From: an uncultured Hyphomicrobiales bacterium
Lineage (GTDB): Bacteria > Pseudomonadota > Alphaproteobacteria > Puniceispirillales > UBA1172
NCBI GenBank assembly: GCA_964399415.1
Contig: CAYNQW010000001.1
Coordinates: 1 to 52,335 of the forward strand
Length of the DNA: 52,335 nucleotides
Reading direction: 5' to 3'
Below are positions 1 through 9,433 of this stretch, piece by piece (the stretch's first letter is position 1; every line of letters starts with the position of its first letter). Under the pieces are notes generated by a model that saw only the letters and a program-made list of their open reading frames with translations, was not told the origin of the DNA and searched no databases. A program made the translations under genes and the position numbers.

Positions 1-641
1 CGGTGCAAGGCAATAATATGCAGGATCACCACACCAACAATCAAAAACGGCATCAGGTAATGAAGCGCAAAGAAGCGGCTTAGCGTTGGGTTATCAACTG
101 AAAACCCGCCCCAAAGCCAGATCACGATGCTCTCACCAATCCCGGGGATGGCGGAGAACAAATTGGTGATCACCGTGGCGCCCCAGAAACTCATCTGTCC
201 CCATGGCAAAACATAGCCCATAAAAGCCGTTGCCATCATCAACAACAAGATCACAACACCCAATATCCAGAGCAATTCACGCGGCGCCTTATAGGAACCA
301 TAATAAAGGCCGCGGAAAATATGGATATAAACCACGATAAAGAAGAAACTGGCGCCGTTCATGTGAATGTAACGAATCAGCCACCCTTGATTAACATCAC
401 GCATAATCCGTTCAACGGATTGGAAAGCGTGGTCAACATGAGGGGTGTAATGCATAGCCAAAATGATGCCGGTGACGATCATCGTCACCAGCGCAAGGCC
501 AGCAAGCGAGCCAAGATTCCAAAGATAGTTCAGATTCTTCGGCGTTGGATATTCATGCAACTCATGGTGCATAAAACTGAAAACAGGGAGACGATGGTCA
601 ATCCACCGAACCACTGGGCTTTTGAATTTCTGTGTCTGCAT
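1..641 (-). CDS. petB: cytochrome b of the bc1 complex, 5' part (runs off window start)
   Basis: Absent from the ORF track because no stop lies in the window. My reverse-strand translation from ATG 641-639 gives [52 protein letters not shown]..., the conserved cytochrome b N-terminus. Starts 14 nt downstream of the Rieske gene, as in petABC operons. Confidence 0.93.
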   Translation of the reverse strand, partial: MQTQKFKSPVVRWIDHRLPVFSFMHHELHEYPTPKNLNYLWNLGSLAGLALVTMIVTGIILAMHYTPHVDHAFQSVERIMRDVNQGWLIRYIHMNGASFFFIVVYIHIFRGLYYGSYKAPRELLWILGVVILLLMMATAFMGYVLPWGQMSFWGATVITNLFSAIPGIGESIVIWLWGGFSVDNPTLSRFFALHYLMPFLIVGVVILHIIALH

Positions 642-655
642 TGGTTTATCTCCAA

Positions 656-1201
656 TCAGCCGATTTTAATGACATTGTCAGAAATGAAGGCGTAAGGCGG
701 CACTTCAAGATTGCTTGGTGCCGGGCCTTTGCGAATGCGGCCTGAAGTGTCGTAATGCGATCCATGGCATGGGCAGAACCAGCCGTTAAAATCACCCTTA
801 ACTTCACCAATTTTCTGCCCCAGCGGGACACATCCAAGATGGGTGCAAATGCCCTGAATGACCAGCAGTTCAGGCTTTTGAACACGATCAGCATCGGCTT
901 GAGGGTCGCGCAAATCATCAACCACCGTATCGTTCGCGGCGGCAATTTCATCAGCGGTACGATGACGAATAAAGACAGGCTTACCCCGCCATTTCACCGT
1001 GATCGCTTGGCCTTCCGCCAAGCCGCCGATATTCACTTCGATGGACGCTAGCGCCAATGTATCCGCGGCAGGATTCATCTGATTGATTAATGGATAAGCG
1101 ACCGCACCTGCACCAACAGCCATCATGGTGTTGGATGCGACAACAATAAAATCGCGGCGGCCTTTGTTTTCAGCGGTATCGGACATGGTTCCCCCTTGCA
1201 A
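656..1201 (-). CDS. petA: ubiquinol-cytochrome c reductase Rieske [2Fe-2S] subunit
   Basis: 181 aa. RRDF twin-arginine N-terminus plus one TM helix. Rieske boxes CTHLGC and CPCHGSHYD. Directly upstream of petB. Confidence 0.95.
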   Translation of the reverse strand: MQGGTMSDTAENKGRRDFIVVASNTMMAVGAGAVAYPLINQMNPAADTLALASIEVNIGGLAEGQAITVKWRGKPVFIRHRTADEIAAANDTVVDDLRDPQADADRVQKPELLVIQGICTHLGCVPLGQKIGEVKGDFNGWFCPCHGSHYDTSGRIRKGPAPSNLEVPPYAFISDNVIKIG

Positions 1202-1311
1202 TACCCGTCAATAAAATTGACTTATTTATATCTGGACAGACCCAGTGTTCCAAGGATTTTATCCCCGAAACACGCCATTATTCATCACCCTGCGACCAAT
1301 TGTCCTAAACG

Positions 1312-2208
1312 CTAGGGCCAACGGACTTCTGGTGGCATCGACATCAAGATGGCTTCCACATTCCCGCCTGTTTTCAGGCCAAACATGGTGCCACGATCAT
1401 AAAGCAGGTTAAATTCAACATAGCGGCCACGGCGCACCAGTTGATGATGGCGATCTTCCTTTGTAAAAGGCGTCTGCATCCGCCGCCGCACCAATTGCGG
1501 ATAAATCGACAAAAACGCTTCGCCAACAGCACGGGTGAAGCCAAATTCGCCGTCATAATCACCATCGTCTAAGTAATCATAGAAGATGCCGCCAGCGCCC
1601 CTCGGCTCATCCCGGTGCTTGAGGTAAAAATACTCATCACACCATTTTTTGAAATCAGCGTAATAATGCGGCTGATGGCGATCGCAAGCCGCCTCTAATT
1701 CACCGTGAAAATCTGCAATATCCTCATCAAAAGGCATGATCGGCGTCAAATCAGCACCACCACCAAACCAACGCTTGCCGGCCTCGCCACCCGCGTTCAA
1801 ATAGCGCGTATTCATGTGAACCGCCGGCACAAACGGGTTGTGCAAATGCGCCACCAGTGAAATGCCGCTAGCCCAAAAACTTGGGTCTTTATCTGTGCCG
1901 GGGATTTGCCCACGGAACTCTGGACTGAATTCACCATGAACGGTTGAGACATTCACCCCAACTTTTTCAAAAACAAGGCCATGCATAATCGACATCACCC
2001 CGCCGCCGCCTTCCGGGCGATTCCAAGTTTTACGCTCAAATTTCCCGGCCGTGCCAGCATCGGGGTAAGCCTTGGCGTAATCTTCTTCGATTTGTTCAAA
2101 GGCCGCGCAAATGCGATCGCGCAAATGGACAAACCAAGCCGCCGCGTCATCACGGCGTTGTTCAATCGCATCATGGCCTAGGGAGGAAGAAAGATCGTTT
2201 TTACCCAT
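1312..2208 (-). CDS. hemF: oxygen-dependent coproporphyrinogen III oxidase
   Basis: 298 aa with HemF-typical blocks: [63 protein letters not shown]. Confidence 0.92.
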   Translation of the reverse strand: MGKNDLSSSLGHDAIEQRRDDAAAWFVHLRDRICAAFEQIEEDYAKAYPDAGTAGKFERKTWNRPEGGGGVMSIMHGLVFEKVGVNVSTVHGEFSPEFRGQIPGTDKDPSFWASGISLVAHLHNPFVPAVHMNTRYLNAGGEAGKRWFGGGADLTPIMPFDEDIADFHGELEAACDRHQPHYYADFKKWCDEYFYLKHRDEPRGAGGIFYDYLDDGDYDGEFGFTRAVGEAFLSIYPQLVRRRMQTPFTKEDRHHQLVRRGRYVEFNLLYDRGTMFGLKTGGNVEAILMSMPPEVRWP

Positions 2209-2270
2209 GAGAATCTCCTGCTCTCTTGTCAGACCTAACGGTTAATATTGCAAGCGTCCAGCCTTTAGCA

Positions 2271-3602
2271 TCACAATCGGGCAAGCAAATCGTCGCGGCT
2301 TAAGGTGAAATGCGACTCAACCCATAAATCCTCAAGTCGATCCAACGCCGCGCCCATCGCTTCCCCGGTGGTCATTCCAGAGGCTTTCAAATCAGCCCCT
2401 CGCAATGGAAAAACCGGCGGCTGCCAATCATGCAAGCGATTAAACACCGCCTCGCTCACTCGCCTTGTTTGGCGGGATTCAATGACCCCATATCGCCATG
2501 CCAGCGCTTCACCAATTGAAAAACCGCCTCCCGTGATGGCCGATTGCTCGCGCCAAGCGGCTTGTTCCCATGACTGGTCTGAAACCGTGACATCATGGGC
2601 AAAAGGCTTAGCCAAGGCCAGCATCTGCTTGCGTAATTTAACCGGCAGGCGCAAACGATCTTGCAAGGCGGAAAGACTGTCCGCCGCCACAAGCGCAGCA
2701 TAGCAGGCGGCTAGTGGCAACGGCCGTGGTAACGACGCCATCACCGCCAGCGCGTCGATTTGAAATCCAGATGGGGTGATGATCCGGTCAACTCCTGTTT
2801 CAACCAACGCTTTTAACCCTGTCGATGCGCCAAGCGGCAATAATTTTGCCAATTCCATGGCTTGCCGCTCCCCCGAAATCACATGCAGATGGTGGGCATT
2901 GGCGCGGATCGCTTGCAGCGCGTCTTCATCAGGTTCACCTTGGCCAAACACTGCCTGAAACCGAAAAAATCTTAGGATACGCAAATAATCTTCTGCGATT
3001 CTTTGCCCCGCATCGCCAATAAATCGAACCCGGCCAGACATCAGGTCATCTTCGCCACCAAAAGGATCAAAAAGCCTGCCCTCCGCATCCAGATAAAGAC
3101 TGTTGATGGTAAAATCACGGCGCGCGGCATCGCCATGCCAATCATCGGTAAAAGCCACGGTGGCATGACGCCCATCGGTATCAAGGTCTGCCCGAAGCGT
3201 GGTTAACTCGACTTTTTGCTGTGGATGCTGTCGATCCAGCACCGTAATCGTGCCATGATCAATTCCGGTGGGAATGACCTTTAACCCTGCGTCTTGCAAG
3301 AGTTGTTGCGCGACGTCTGGCGCAAGCGTCATCGCCATGTCGATATCATGCGGCGCGGACAGATCACGTCCGATCAACGCGTCGCGGACAATGCCTCCAA
3401 CAAAACGCGCCTCGCCGCCAGCCTTTCTGATCACTTGGACAATTTGCTGACCAAGCGAAAGATTAAGGATGACCTGAAGGCGAGCATGATCAACCGCCAT
3501 TGCTTGCGCCCTCCGCCTCCTCTTGTTCAAATCTTCCAGGGTTGATTTGATCGCCTTCAATGACCGCCGGTTGATACGCTGACTCTTTTGGCGCTCGTTC
3601 AT
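2271..3602 (-). CDS. cca: CCA tRNA nucleotidyltransferase / poly(A) polymerase family protein
   Basis: Nucleotidyltransferase head motif GGIVRDALIGR...DIDMA. The first 34 codons of the drawn ORF overlap the upstream small ORF. The internal ATG at 3500 (MAVDHARLQ...) is the more likely start. Confidence 0.85.
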   Translation of the reverse strand: MNERQKSQRINRRSLKAIKSTLEDLNKRRRRAQAMAVDHARLQVILNLSLGQQIVQVIRKAGGEARFVGGIVRDALIGRDLSAPHDIDMAMTLAPDVAQQLLQDAGLKVIPTGIDHGTITVLDRQHPQQKVELTTLRADLDTDGRHATVAFTDDWHGDAARRDFTINSLYLDAEGRLFDPFGGEDDLMSGRVRFIGDAGQRIAEDYLRILRFFRFQAVFGQGEPDEDALQAIRANAHHLHVISGERQAMELAKLLPLGASTGLKALVETGVDRIITPSGFQIDALAVMASLPRPLPLAACYAALVAADSLSALQDRLRLPVKLRKQMLALAKPFAHDVTVSDQSWEQAAWREQSAITGGGFSIGEALAWRYGVIESRQTRRVSEAVFNRLHDWQPPVFPLRGADLKASGMTTGEAMGAALDRLEDLWVESHFTLSRDDLLARL

Positions 3603-3798
3603 AATCCGCCAATAGAAACAACCCAGCCATTAATACAGCAAAGCCAGCGATCCAAGGTATAACCTGCCGCCACCATGCGGCTTCTTGGGTGGCATCGACC
3701 AGCACTTCATCCGCATGAGGTGGTTTTGGACGCGCCAGCAACCAGCCGATCAGCGCTCCGGCCAAAATCGCCGCTAGGATGATCAAATACCGCGTCAT
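3490..3798 (-). CDS. small membrane protein, unknown function (2 predicted TM helices)
   Basis: 102 aa with hydrophobic segments YLIILAAILAGALIGWLLA and VIPWIAGFAVLMAGLFLLA. Its start overlaps the NUDIX stop in an ATGA junction (3795-3798), which suggests translational coupling. Confidence 0.55.
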   Translation of the reverse strand: MTRYLIILAAILAGALIGWLLARPKPPHADEVLVDATQEAAWWRQVIPWIAGFAVLMAGLFLLADYERAPKESAYQPAVIEGDQINPGRFEQEEAEGASNGG

Positions 3799-4442
3799 GC
3801 CGCCCCCAAATTATCATCACTTTGATTATCAGCACCTTGAGACGCCACCCATTCTTCATCCATCAAAGCCGACCATTGGACAATCAGTTTAGCCGTGGCG
3901 CCCCAGATATATTCCTTGTCATGGTCGATCACCCATGTTTTGTAATCAATGCCATTATGCTGACGCGGTTCTTGGCGATGGTGACGGCGCATCAACAAAG
4001 GATGAAGTTTTTCAAGTAAAATGCGGTCCACCTCTTCCGGCTGCGGCGTCAGCACTGGGCTTGATTTCACCACCCCTAAAACTGGCGCGATATGATAATT
4101 TGCCGTGGTCAAGACGCTAGGAAGATGGCCTTTCACCTTCACCTGATCAGGGTGAAGGTCAATTTCTTCATGGGCTTCACGCAAAGCCGCGTCGGCGGCA
4201 GTTTCGCCCGGTTCAATCGCACCGCCTGGGAAACTGATTTGCCCCGCGTGATGCCGAAGATGCGCCGCGCGTTTGGTCAAAATCACATGCCAATGCCCAT
4301 CAACCTCAAGCAAGGGAATCAACACCGCAGAAGCCCGCCGCCCTTCTGGTGCTGGTTCAGGCTGTTGACCCAACACGCCGGTTATCGCGTTCAGAAAATT
4401 GATCGCGCTTGGTGATTGATAATTTCTATCCAATGGCGGCAT
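3795..4442 (-). CDS. NUDIX hydrolase, CoA pyrophosphatase type
   Basis: 215 aa. Nudix box GQISFPGGAIEPGETAADAALREAHEEIDL. Conserved position between the DUF1285 gene and cca. Confidence 0.85.
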   Translation of the reverse strand: MPPLDRNYQSPSAINFLNAITGVLGQQPEPAPEGRRASAVLIPLLEVDGHWHVILTKRAAHLRHHAGQISFPGGAIEPGETAADAALREAHEEIDLHPDQVKVKGHLPSVLTTANYHIAPVLGVVKSSPVLTPQPEEVDRILLEKLHPLLMRRHHRQEPRQHNGIDYKTWVIDHDKEYIWGATAKLIVQWSALMDEEWVASQGADNQSDDNLGAA

Positions 4443-4486
4443 CGTGGTCTGCTTTCGTTTTTGAACCTTCTATTTATATATAAGAA

Positions 4487-5047
4487 TTAATCGAGAAGAT
4501 GGAACATCCCATCACTCCAAACACCATAACGGCCTTGATTTTCAACCGCCAAATCAGCCAATTCATAAAACACCGACCTCGCGATCAGCGCATCCAAATC
4601 ACCGCGGATAGTCACATAAGGCCGAGGCTGTCCATCAGGGCTTTGGGAAACCCGCAACGGATTTGATTGCCCCAGCACCACCGCATCATCAAGCGTGGTG
4701 GTCAAGGTGATCTTCTGATCGTTGCCGGATTCAGAAACATCGAGACGATTGACAAAAAAAGGTGCGTCTTCGACCTCAATCACGCCGCGCTCCGCCGGGG
4801 TGATCAGCCAATATTGACCATCGTCAAGTTTGGTCAGCACATTAGCAAAAAGTTTAACCAAGGCGAGGCGTTTAATCAGCCCTCCTTGATGATACCACTG
4901 CCCCATGGCATCAATCCGCATATCAAAATGTTGCGCTTGCGTGCCCTTCTGGTCGTGTTTTAGCGCAAGATTGGCAAGATCGACCTGATCAAACTTGGTC
5001 TTTTTGCTGGTTTTCGCTGCTGTTTGTTTTGGGGATTCGATTGTCAT
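4487..5047 (-). CDS. DUF1285 domain protein
   Basis: 186 aa. The pattern MRIDAMGQWYHQGGLIKRLALVKLFANVL...YWLITPAERGVIEVEDAPF matches my memory of the DUF1285 family. Family naming is from recollection. Confidence 0.7.
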   Translation of the reverse strand: MTIESPKQTAAKTSKKTKFDQVDLANLALKHDQKGTQAQHFDMRIDAMGQWYHQGGLIKRLALVKLFANVLTKLDDGQYWLITPAERGVIEVEDAPFFVNRLDVSESGNDQKITLTTTLDDAVVLGQSNPLRVSQSPDGQPRPYVTIRGDLDALIARSVFYELADLAVENQGRYGVWSDGMFHLLD

Positions 5048-5202
5048 AGGGGGATTATACCTTGATCTCTCGCCCCTTGACCATGGTTTTCAGCATGGAT
5101 TCAACGCTTTGAGAAAATTAAGTTTTTTCTCGCCGCGTTAATTAAAAATTAATTTTATTATCTTATCATAATTCCGTCTTCAACCAAGCGACGGATAATG
5201 CC

Positions 5203-5604
5203 ATGTGGTTCAAACAAACGCCCAAGAACGATAATACGCCTGACAAGCACAGCACTCAGGCCAAAACCTACAGTCGACCAAAACGAAAAATTGGGGCAAA
5301 TGAAAAAAGCCGAGCCACCACCATCATGAAAGCGATGAGCAATAGCCAACGCTTGCAAATCCTGTCGCATTTGATCAATGGCGAAGAACGATCGGTCAAA
5401 GAATTGGAAGATATGCTTAAAACGCTTAGCCAATCTGCCCTGTCCCAACATTTAGGGCGATTGCGCCGCGCAAAGATCCTGAAAGCAAGGCGTCATTCTC
5501 AAATGGTCTATTATTCTATTGATGATGAAAATGTGATGGAAATCATGGCTATGCTCAGCACCATGTATAAAGAAGACCCTGTTCTGACCGGCAAATCTGA
5601 CTAA
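5203..5604 (+). CDS. ArsR/SmtB family transcriptional regulator (cysteine-free)
   Basis: Winged-helix core SNSQRLQILSHLINGEERSVKELEDMLKTLSQSALSQHLGRLRRAKILKARRHSQMVYYSI. The basic N-terminal 41 aa may not be translated; an alternative ATG lies at 5326. Confidence 0.85.
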   Translation: MWFKQTPKNDNTPDKHSTQAKTYSRPKRKIGANEKSRATTIMKAMSNSQRLQILSHLINGEERSVKELEDMLKTLSQSALSQHLGRLRRAKILKARRHSQMVYYSIDDENVMEIMAMLSTMYKEDPVLTGKSD

Positions 5605-5754
5605 CGTCAACTCCACTTGCCTTCTTGTTTGGTTTCGAAACGATGCAAGCGGCAATTAATTGGCCAAAAAACCTGTTTCATCAGCGATTTAATCTGGTCT
5701 TTTTATAGACTTGATGATAGACAGTGAAAAATTCTCGAACAATGCTGCGCTGTT

Positions 5755-6669
5755 ATGTACGTTTATCTTCCAATCGCTGAACTGTCGATGAACATTTTTA
5801 CGATCATCGGCCTTGGTGGTGCGGTTGGGATGCTATCCGGCATTTTTGGTGTTGGGGGCGGCTTCTTAATGACGCCTCTGCTCATTTTTCTAGGCGTTCC
5901 CGCGCCAGTGGCCGTTGGAACCGAAGCCAATCAAATTGTTGCATCATCGGTTTCAGGCGTATTGGCGCATTTCCGCCGTGGTAATGTTGACATCAAAATG
6001 GGGCTTGTCTTGCTCGCTGGTGGTTTGGCGGGATCAACCCTTGGGGTGGCGTTATTCGCGCTACTGCAGCAACTCGGTCAAATCGAAGTCGTCATTAAAC
6101 TCAGTTTCATCCTGTTCTTAGGAATCATCGGCAGTTTGATGCTGATTGAAAGCGGACGAGCAATCATGCGGTCACGCCAATCAGGGGCGCGTCGCGGCAA
6201 ATTGCATCAGCATAATTGGCTCCATGGCCTGCCCTTCAAGATGCGGTTTCGGAAATCCAAATTGTATATTTCTGCGCTTTTGCCCTTTGGGGTTGGCGCG
6301 CTGGTGGGTGTTCTATCCGCGATCATGGGCGTCGGCGGTGGCTTTATTATGGTGCCAGCGATGATTTATCTGCTGGGGATGCCGACCTCCGTGGTGGTGG
6401 GAACATCGCTGTTTCAAATTATTTTTGTGACCGCGAACGTCACCTTCTTGCAATCAGTGCAAACCCAAACGGTTGATATCATGCTTGCCGGGTTGTTGCT
6501 TTTTGGCGCGGTCATTGGCGCGCAACTTGGCACTCGCATCGGCGCTAAATTGCGCGGTGAGCAATTGCGCGGCCTGTTGGCGCTGCTGGTTTTGCTTGTT
6601 TGCGCCAAACTGGTTTATGACGTGGTCATCACCCCTGAAGATTTATTTTCAGTGGAGTTCCTGAGATGA
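5755..6669 (+). CDS. TauE/SafE (TSUP) family anion exporter membrane protein
   Basis: 304 aa polytopic protein. Internal duplication with two GVGGGF(L/I)M(T/V)P motifs. Confidence 0.88.
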   Translation: MYVYLPIAELSMNIFTIIGLGGAVGMLSGIFGVGGGFLMTPLLIFLGVPAPVAVGTEANQIVASSVSGVLAHFRRGNVDIKMGLVLLAGGLAGSTLGVALFALLQQLGQIEVVIKLSFILFLGIIGSLMLIESGRAIMRSRQSGARRGKLHQHNWLHGLPFKMRFRKSKLYISALLPFGVGALVGVLSAIMGVGGGFIMVPAMIYLLGMPTSVVVGTSLFQIIFVTANVTFLQSVQTQTVDIMLAGLLLFGAVIGAQLGTRIGAKLRGEQLRGLLALLVLLVCAKLVYDVVITPEDLFSVEFLR

Positions 6670-7424
6670 TTCGCGCATTGATGACATCTTTGATTGCTGT
6701 GCTGGCCTTGATCATCAGCGTAAGCGGTGTTTTCGCTCAAAATCGCCTTGTCGCGGATTTAGACGAAAAAGAAGTGCGGATCACCACTGGTTTCACCGGC
6801 ACTGAATTGTTGCTCTTCGGAGCGCTTGATCGTGCGGGTGTTGACGATATCGCGATTATTGTCACGGGCCCGTCTAAGACGATTGCTGTGCGCCGCAAAT
6901 CGAACGTGGCCGGCGTGTGGTTAAACACGGATAACGCCAATGTCATTGGCTTGCCTAGTTTTTATCATATTCTTTCGACACGTCCACTGGAAGAGATCGC
7001 CAGCGAAAACACAATGCGAATCAATCAATTAGGTTTTGATCATATTCCGTTTCGCTTGGATAGTGAGAGCGAGATTGACGAAGCCCCTATTGAAACATGG
7101 AAAGCCGCCATGGTTCGCAATCTGGAAAAAACCGGGTTGTGGAGCAATCAGCCAGGCAAAATCAAGGTCATCAGCAATGTGCTGTTCCGCACCGATATTA
7201 CCATTCCGGCCAATATCATCCCCGGTGATTACGAAGTCCGCACTTTGCATTTCCGCGATGGCGCTGTGGTCGAAGAAAACGTTTCAACGATTAATGTCGT
7301 CAAAAGAGGCTTGAGCGCTGAAATTTACCGCATCGCGCATGAGTATGCCCCTTTTTACGGAATTTTTGCTATAATATTTGCAGTTGCGGCAGGTTGGTTG
7401 GCTGCCGTTGCCTTCCGAAGATAG
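6666..7424 (+). CDS. Alph_Pro_TM (TIGR02186-type) alphaproteobacterial membrane protein
   Basis: 252 aa. Signal peptide, a large exported domain and a C-terminal TM helix. Overlaps the TauE stop by 4 nt. Family name is from recollection. Confidence 0.65.
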   Translation: MIRALMTSLIAVLALIISVSGVFAQNRLVADLDEKEVRITTGFTGTELLLFGALDRAGVDDIAIIVTGPSKTIAVRRKSNVAGVWLNTDNANVIGLPSFYHILSTRPLEEIASENTMRINQLGFDHIPFRLDSESEIDEAPIETWKAAMVRNLEKTGLWSNQPGKIKVISNVLFRTDITIPANIIPGDYEVRTLHFRDGAVVEENVSTINVVKRGLSAEIYRIAHEYAPFYGIFAIIFAVAAGWLAAVAFRR

Positions 7425-7432
7425 GGTTTACC

Positions 7433-7924
7433 ATGGGCAAAAAAGCAAAATCAAAGAACGCAACGCCACGGGTCTTTCTGGTGGTTATTGATGACAGCGA
7501 TGAATTGCATCAAGCGCTATACTATGCTTGTCGCCGCGCGGCTAATCTCGATGGTCATGTCGCGTTGATGCATTGCATCCCCCCTGCGGAATTTCAGCAT
7601 TGGGCTGGTGTTGGTGAATTGATGCGTGATGAAGCGCGCACTGAAGCGGAAAATCTTTTGCGCGTGAATAGCGAATATGTGCATGAATTGACGGGCAAAA
7701 CCCCGATGGTTTATTTGCGCGAAGGTGATCCCAAAACAGAATTGATCAATGTCATCAATGAAGCCAGCGATATCACCATGCTGATCCTTGGCGCTAGCAC
7801 CGAAGGTGAAAATACAGGGCCTTTGATCAATTACATCACCACCAAAGGCGCGGCCGTCTGCCGTGTGCCCATCACCATCGTGCCGGGCAACCTGTCTGAT
7901 GAAGACATTGATAATATCACCTGA
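7433..7924 (+). CDS. universal stress protein (UspA) family
   Basis: VFLVVIDDSDE...MLILGASTEG...CRVPITIVP is a USP alpha/beta fold pattern. The ATG at 7433 lies just after the upstream stop at 7424. The track ORF begins earlier, at 7394. Confidence 0.8.
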   Translation: MGKKAKSKNATPRVFLVVIDDSDELHQALYYACRRAANLDGHVALMHCIPPAEFQHWAGVGELMRDEARTEAENLLRVNSEYVHELTGKTPMVYLREGDPKTELINVINEASDITMLILGASTEGENTGPLINYITTKGAAVCRVPITIVPGNLSDEDIDNIT

Positions 7925-7934
7925 TCCTAGAAAA

Positions 7935-8660
7935 TTAATTTTCAAAGAATTCAGTGGCGGCACGATCAACTTCGATGCTGCCGTTTTTGATTTGAACAAC
8001 ACGATCCGCGAGGCGTTTGGCTTGGTCTTGGCTATGAGTTACCCAGACCACTGGCAAGCCTTGATCCGCAAGGTCGCGGATATGCGTTTCCATCAACGCC
8101 ACTGTTTGTTGATCTAATGAATTGGTGGATTCATCCAGCATCAGCATCCCCGGTTGCATCGCCAATACCCGCGCCACCGCCAACCGTTGCTTTTCCCCTT
8201 GAGAAAGGCGGAACGCCGATTGCTTTGGATTCTGATGAATGTTCATGATCTCCAACACATGGGATCGAAGCGAAGAGCGTTGCCCCGTGGGAATATCCGC
8301 CGCCGCCATCGCATAATCAATATTCCCCGCGATGCTCCGCCGCAACAACACTGGTTTTTGCAACACATAGCCAAGCCGCGTGATCGGCGCGGCACGGCCA
8401 TCAGTTTCGATGAGGCTTTGCCAGCCATGATCAAGTGGCAATAATCCCGCAAGCGCCGACAGCAACGTGCTTTTGCCAGCGCCATTTTCTCCTATGATCA
8501 CGGTGATGCCTGGGGTGTTGATTTCGATGGATACATCTTTCAGCACCACCTTCCCCCCAAGCGATGCCGTTGCAGATTGCAATCTTGCACTGATGGGGCG
8601 CAAATCAAACATGGCCATAACGACTTTCCCCCCACCATCTGAGCAACGCCATGCAGGCAT
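7935..8660 (-). CDS. ABC transporter ATP-binding protein (TupC-like)
   Basis: Walker A GENGAGKST, signature LSQGEKQR, Walker B LMLDEST. The likely start is the internal ATG at 8618 (MAMFDL...), which overlaps the permease stop. Confidence 0.88.
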   Translation of the reverse strand: MPAWRCSDGGGKVVMAMFDLRPISARLQSATASLGGKVVLKDVSIEINTPGITVIIGENGAGKSTLLSALAGLLPLDHGWQSLIETDGRAAPITRLGYVLQKPVLLRRSIAGNIDYAMAAADIPTGQRSSLRSHVLEIMNIHQNPKQSAFRLSQGEKQRLAVARVLAMQPGMLMLDESTNSLDQQTVALMETHIRDLADQGLPVVWVTHSQDQAKRLADRVVQIKNGSIEVDRAATEFFEN

Positions 8661-9312
8661 TGATCGCCACTGTCATCAAAATCAGAATCATCCCCAGCGC
8701 CAAGGCTAAGGCTAAATTTCCTCGCGACGTTTCTAACGTGATCGACGTGGTCATCACCCGCGTGAAGTGATCAATATTGCCGCCAACAATCATCACCGCG
8801 CCAACTTCTGCCATCGCCCGGCCAAGCCCAGCCAAGATCGCTGTCACCAATTCAAAACGACCATCAACAATCAAGGTCATGGTGCGCTTCATGGGGGAGA
8901 TGCCAAACAACTGCAATTGCTGATCATAGTCGCGCGACAAATGCTCCACCGTCTGCCGCGTCAAAGCGATAACAATGGGGGTGATCAACACCGTTTGGGC
9001 AATGATCATTGCCGTCGGCGTATAAAGCAGGCCAAAGACTCCTAGCGGCCCGGAACGCGACAGCAACAGATAAATCATCAACCCCACCACCACGGGCGGC
9101 AACCCCATCAAGGCATTGATCAACACAATCACCAACGAGCGTCCCGGGAATTGCGCGCTGGCCAAAAACCCACCCAGCGGCAAGCCAATCAGCGCGGCGA
9201 AAGCCACCGCCGAAAAACTCACATAAAGCGACAGATTAACGACTTCATAAAGGTCGTTATTGCCACTGATAATGACATGGATGGCAAGCCTGATAAATTC
9301 AGCAAATTCCAT
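8605..9312 (-). CDS. ABC transporter permease, tungstate TupB-like (COG4662-type)
   Basis: 235 aa with about 5 TM helices. The C-terminal block VGAVMIVGGNIDHFTRVMTTSITLETSRGNLALALALG resembles the TupB hallmark as I remember it. Confidence 0.75.
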   Translation of the reverse strand: MEFAEFIRLAIHVIISGNNDLYEVVNLSLYVSFSAVAFAALIGLPLGGFLASAQFPGRSLVIVLINALMGLPPVVVGLMIYLLLSRSGPLGVFGLLYTPTAMIIAQTVLITPIVIALTRQTVEHLSRDYDQQLQLFGISPMKRTMTLIVDGRFELVTAILAGLGRAMAEVGAVMIVGGNIDHFTRVMTTSITLETSRGNLALALALGMILILMTVAINACMALLRWWGESRYGHV

Positions 9313-9433
9313 GAATTGCCCCTAAAGCGATACGCAAGATTTTATGGCACCGACATGCCCAGAATAAGCCGGTCTTGATCTGCATTCAATCTACACCGAT
9401 CTGGCCTTGGCTTTAACCATTTTATGCCTTTGA

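Noticed and set aside
321-695. 124-aa + strand ORF at the left end
   Set aside because: It lies antisense to a clearly recognisable cytochrome b reading frame (1-641, minus). It shows no family features.
5651-5660. Perfect 10-bp palindrome GTTTCGAAAC downstream of the ArsR gene
   Set aside because: It is a single short palindrome with no partner site or hairpin context, and could easily occur by chance.
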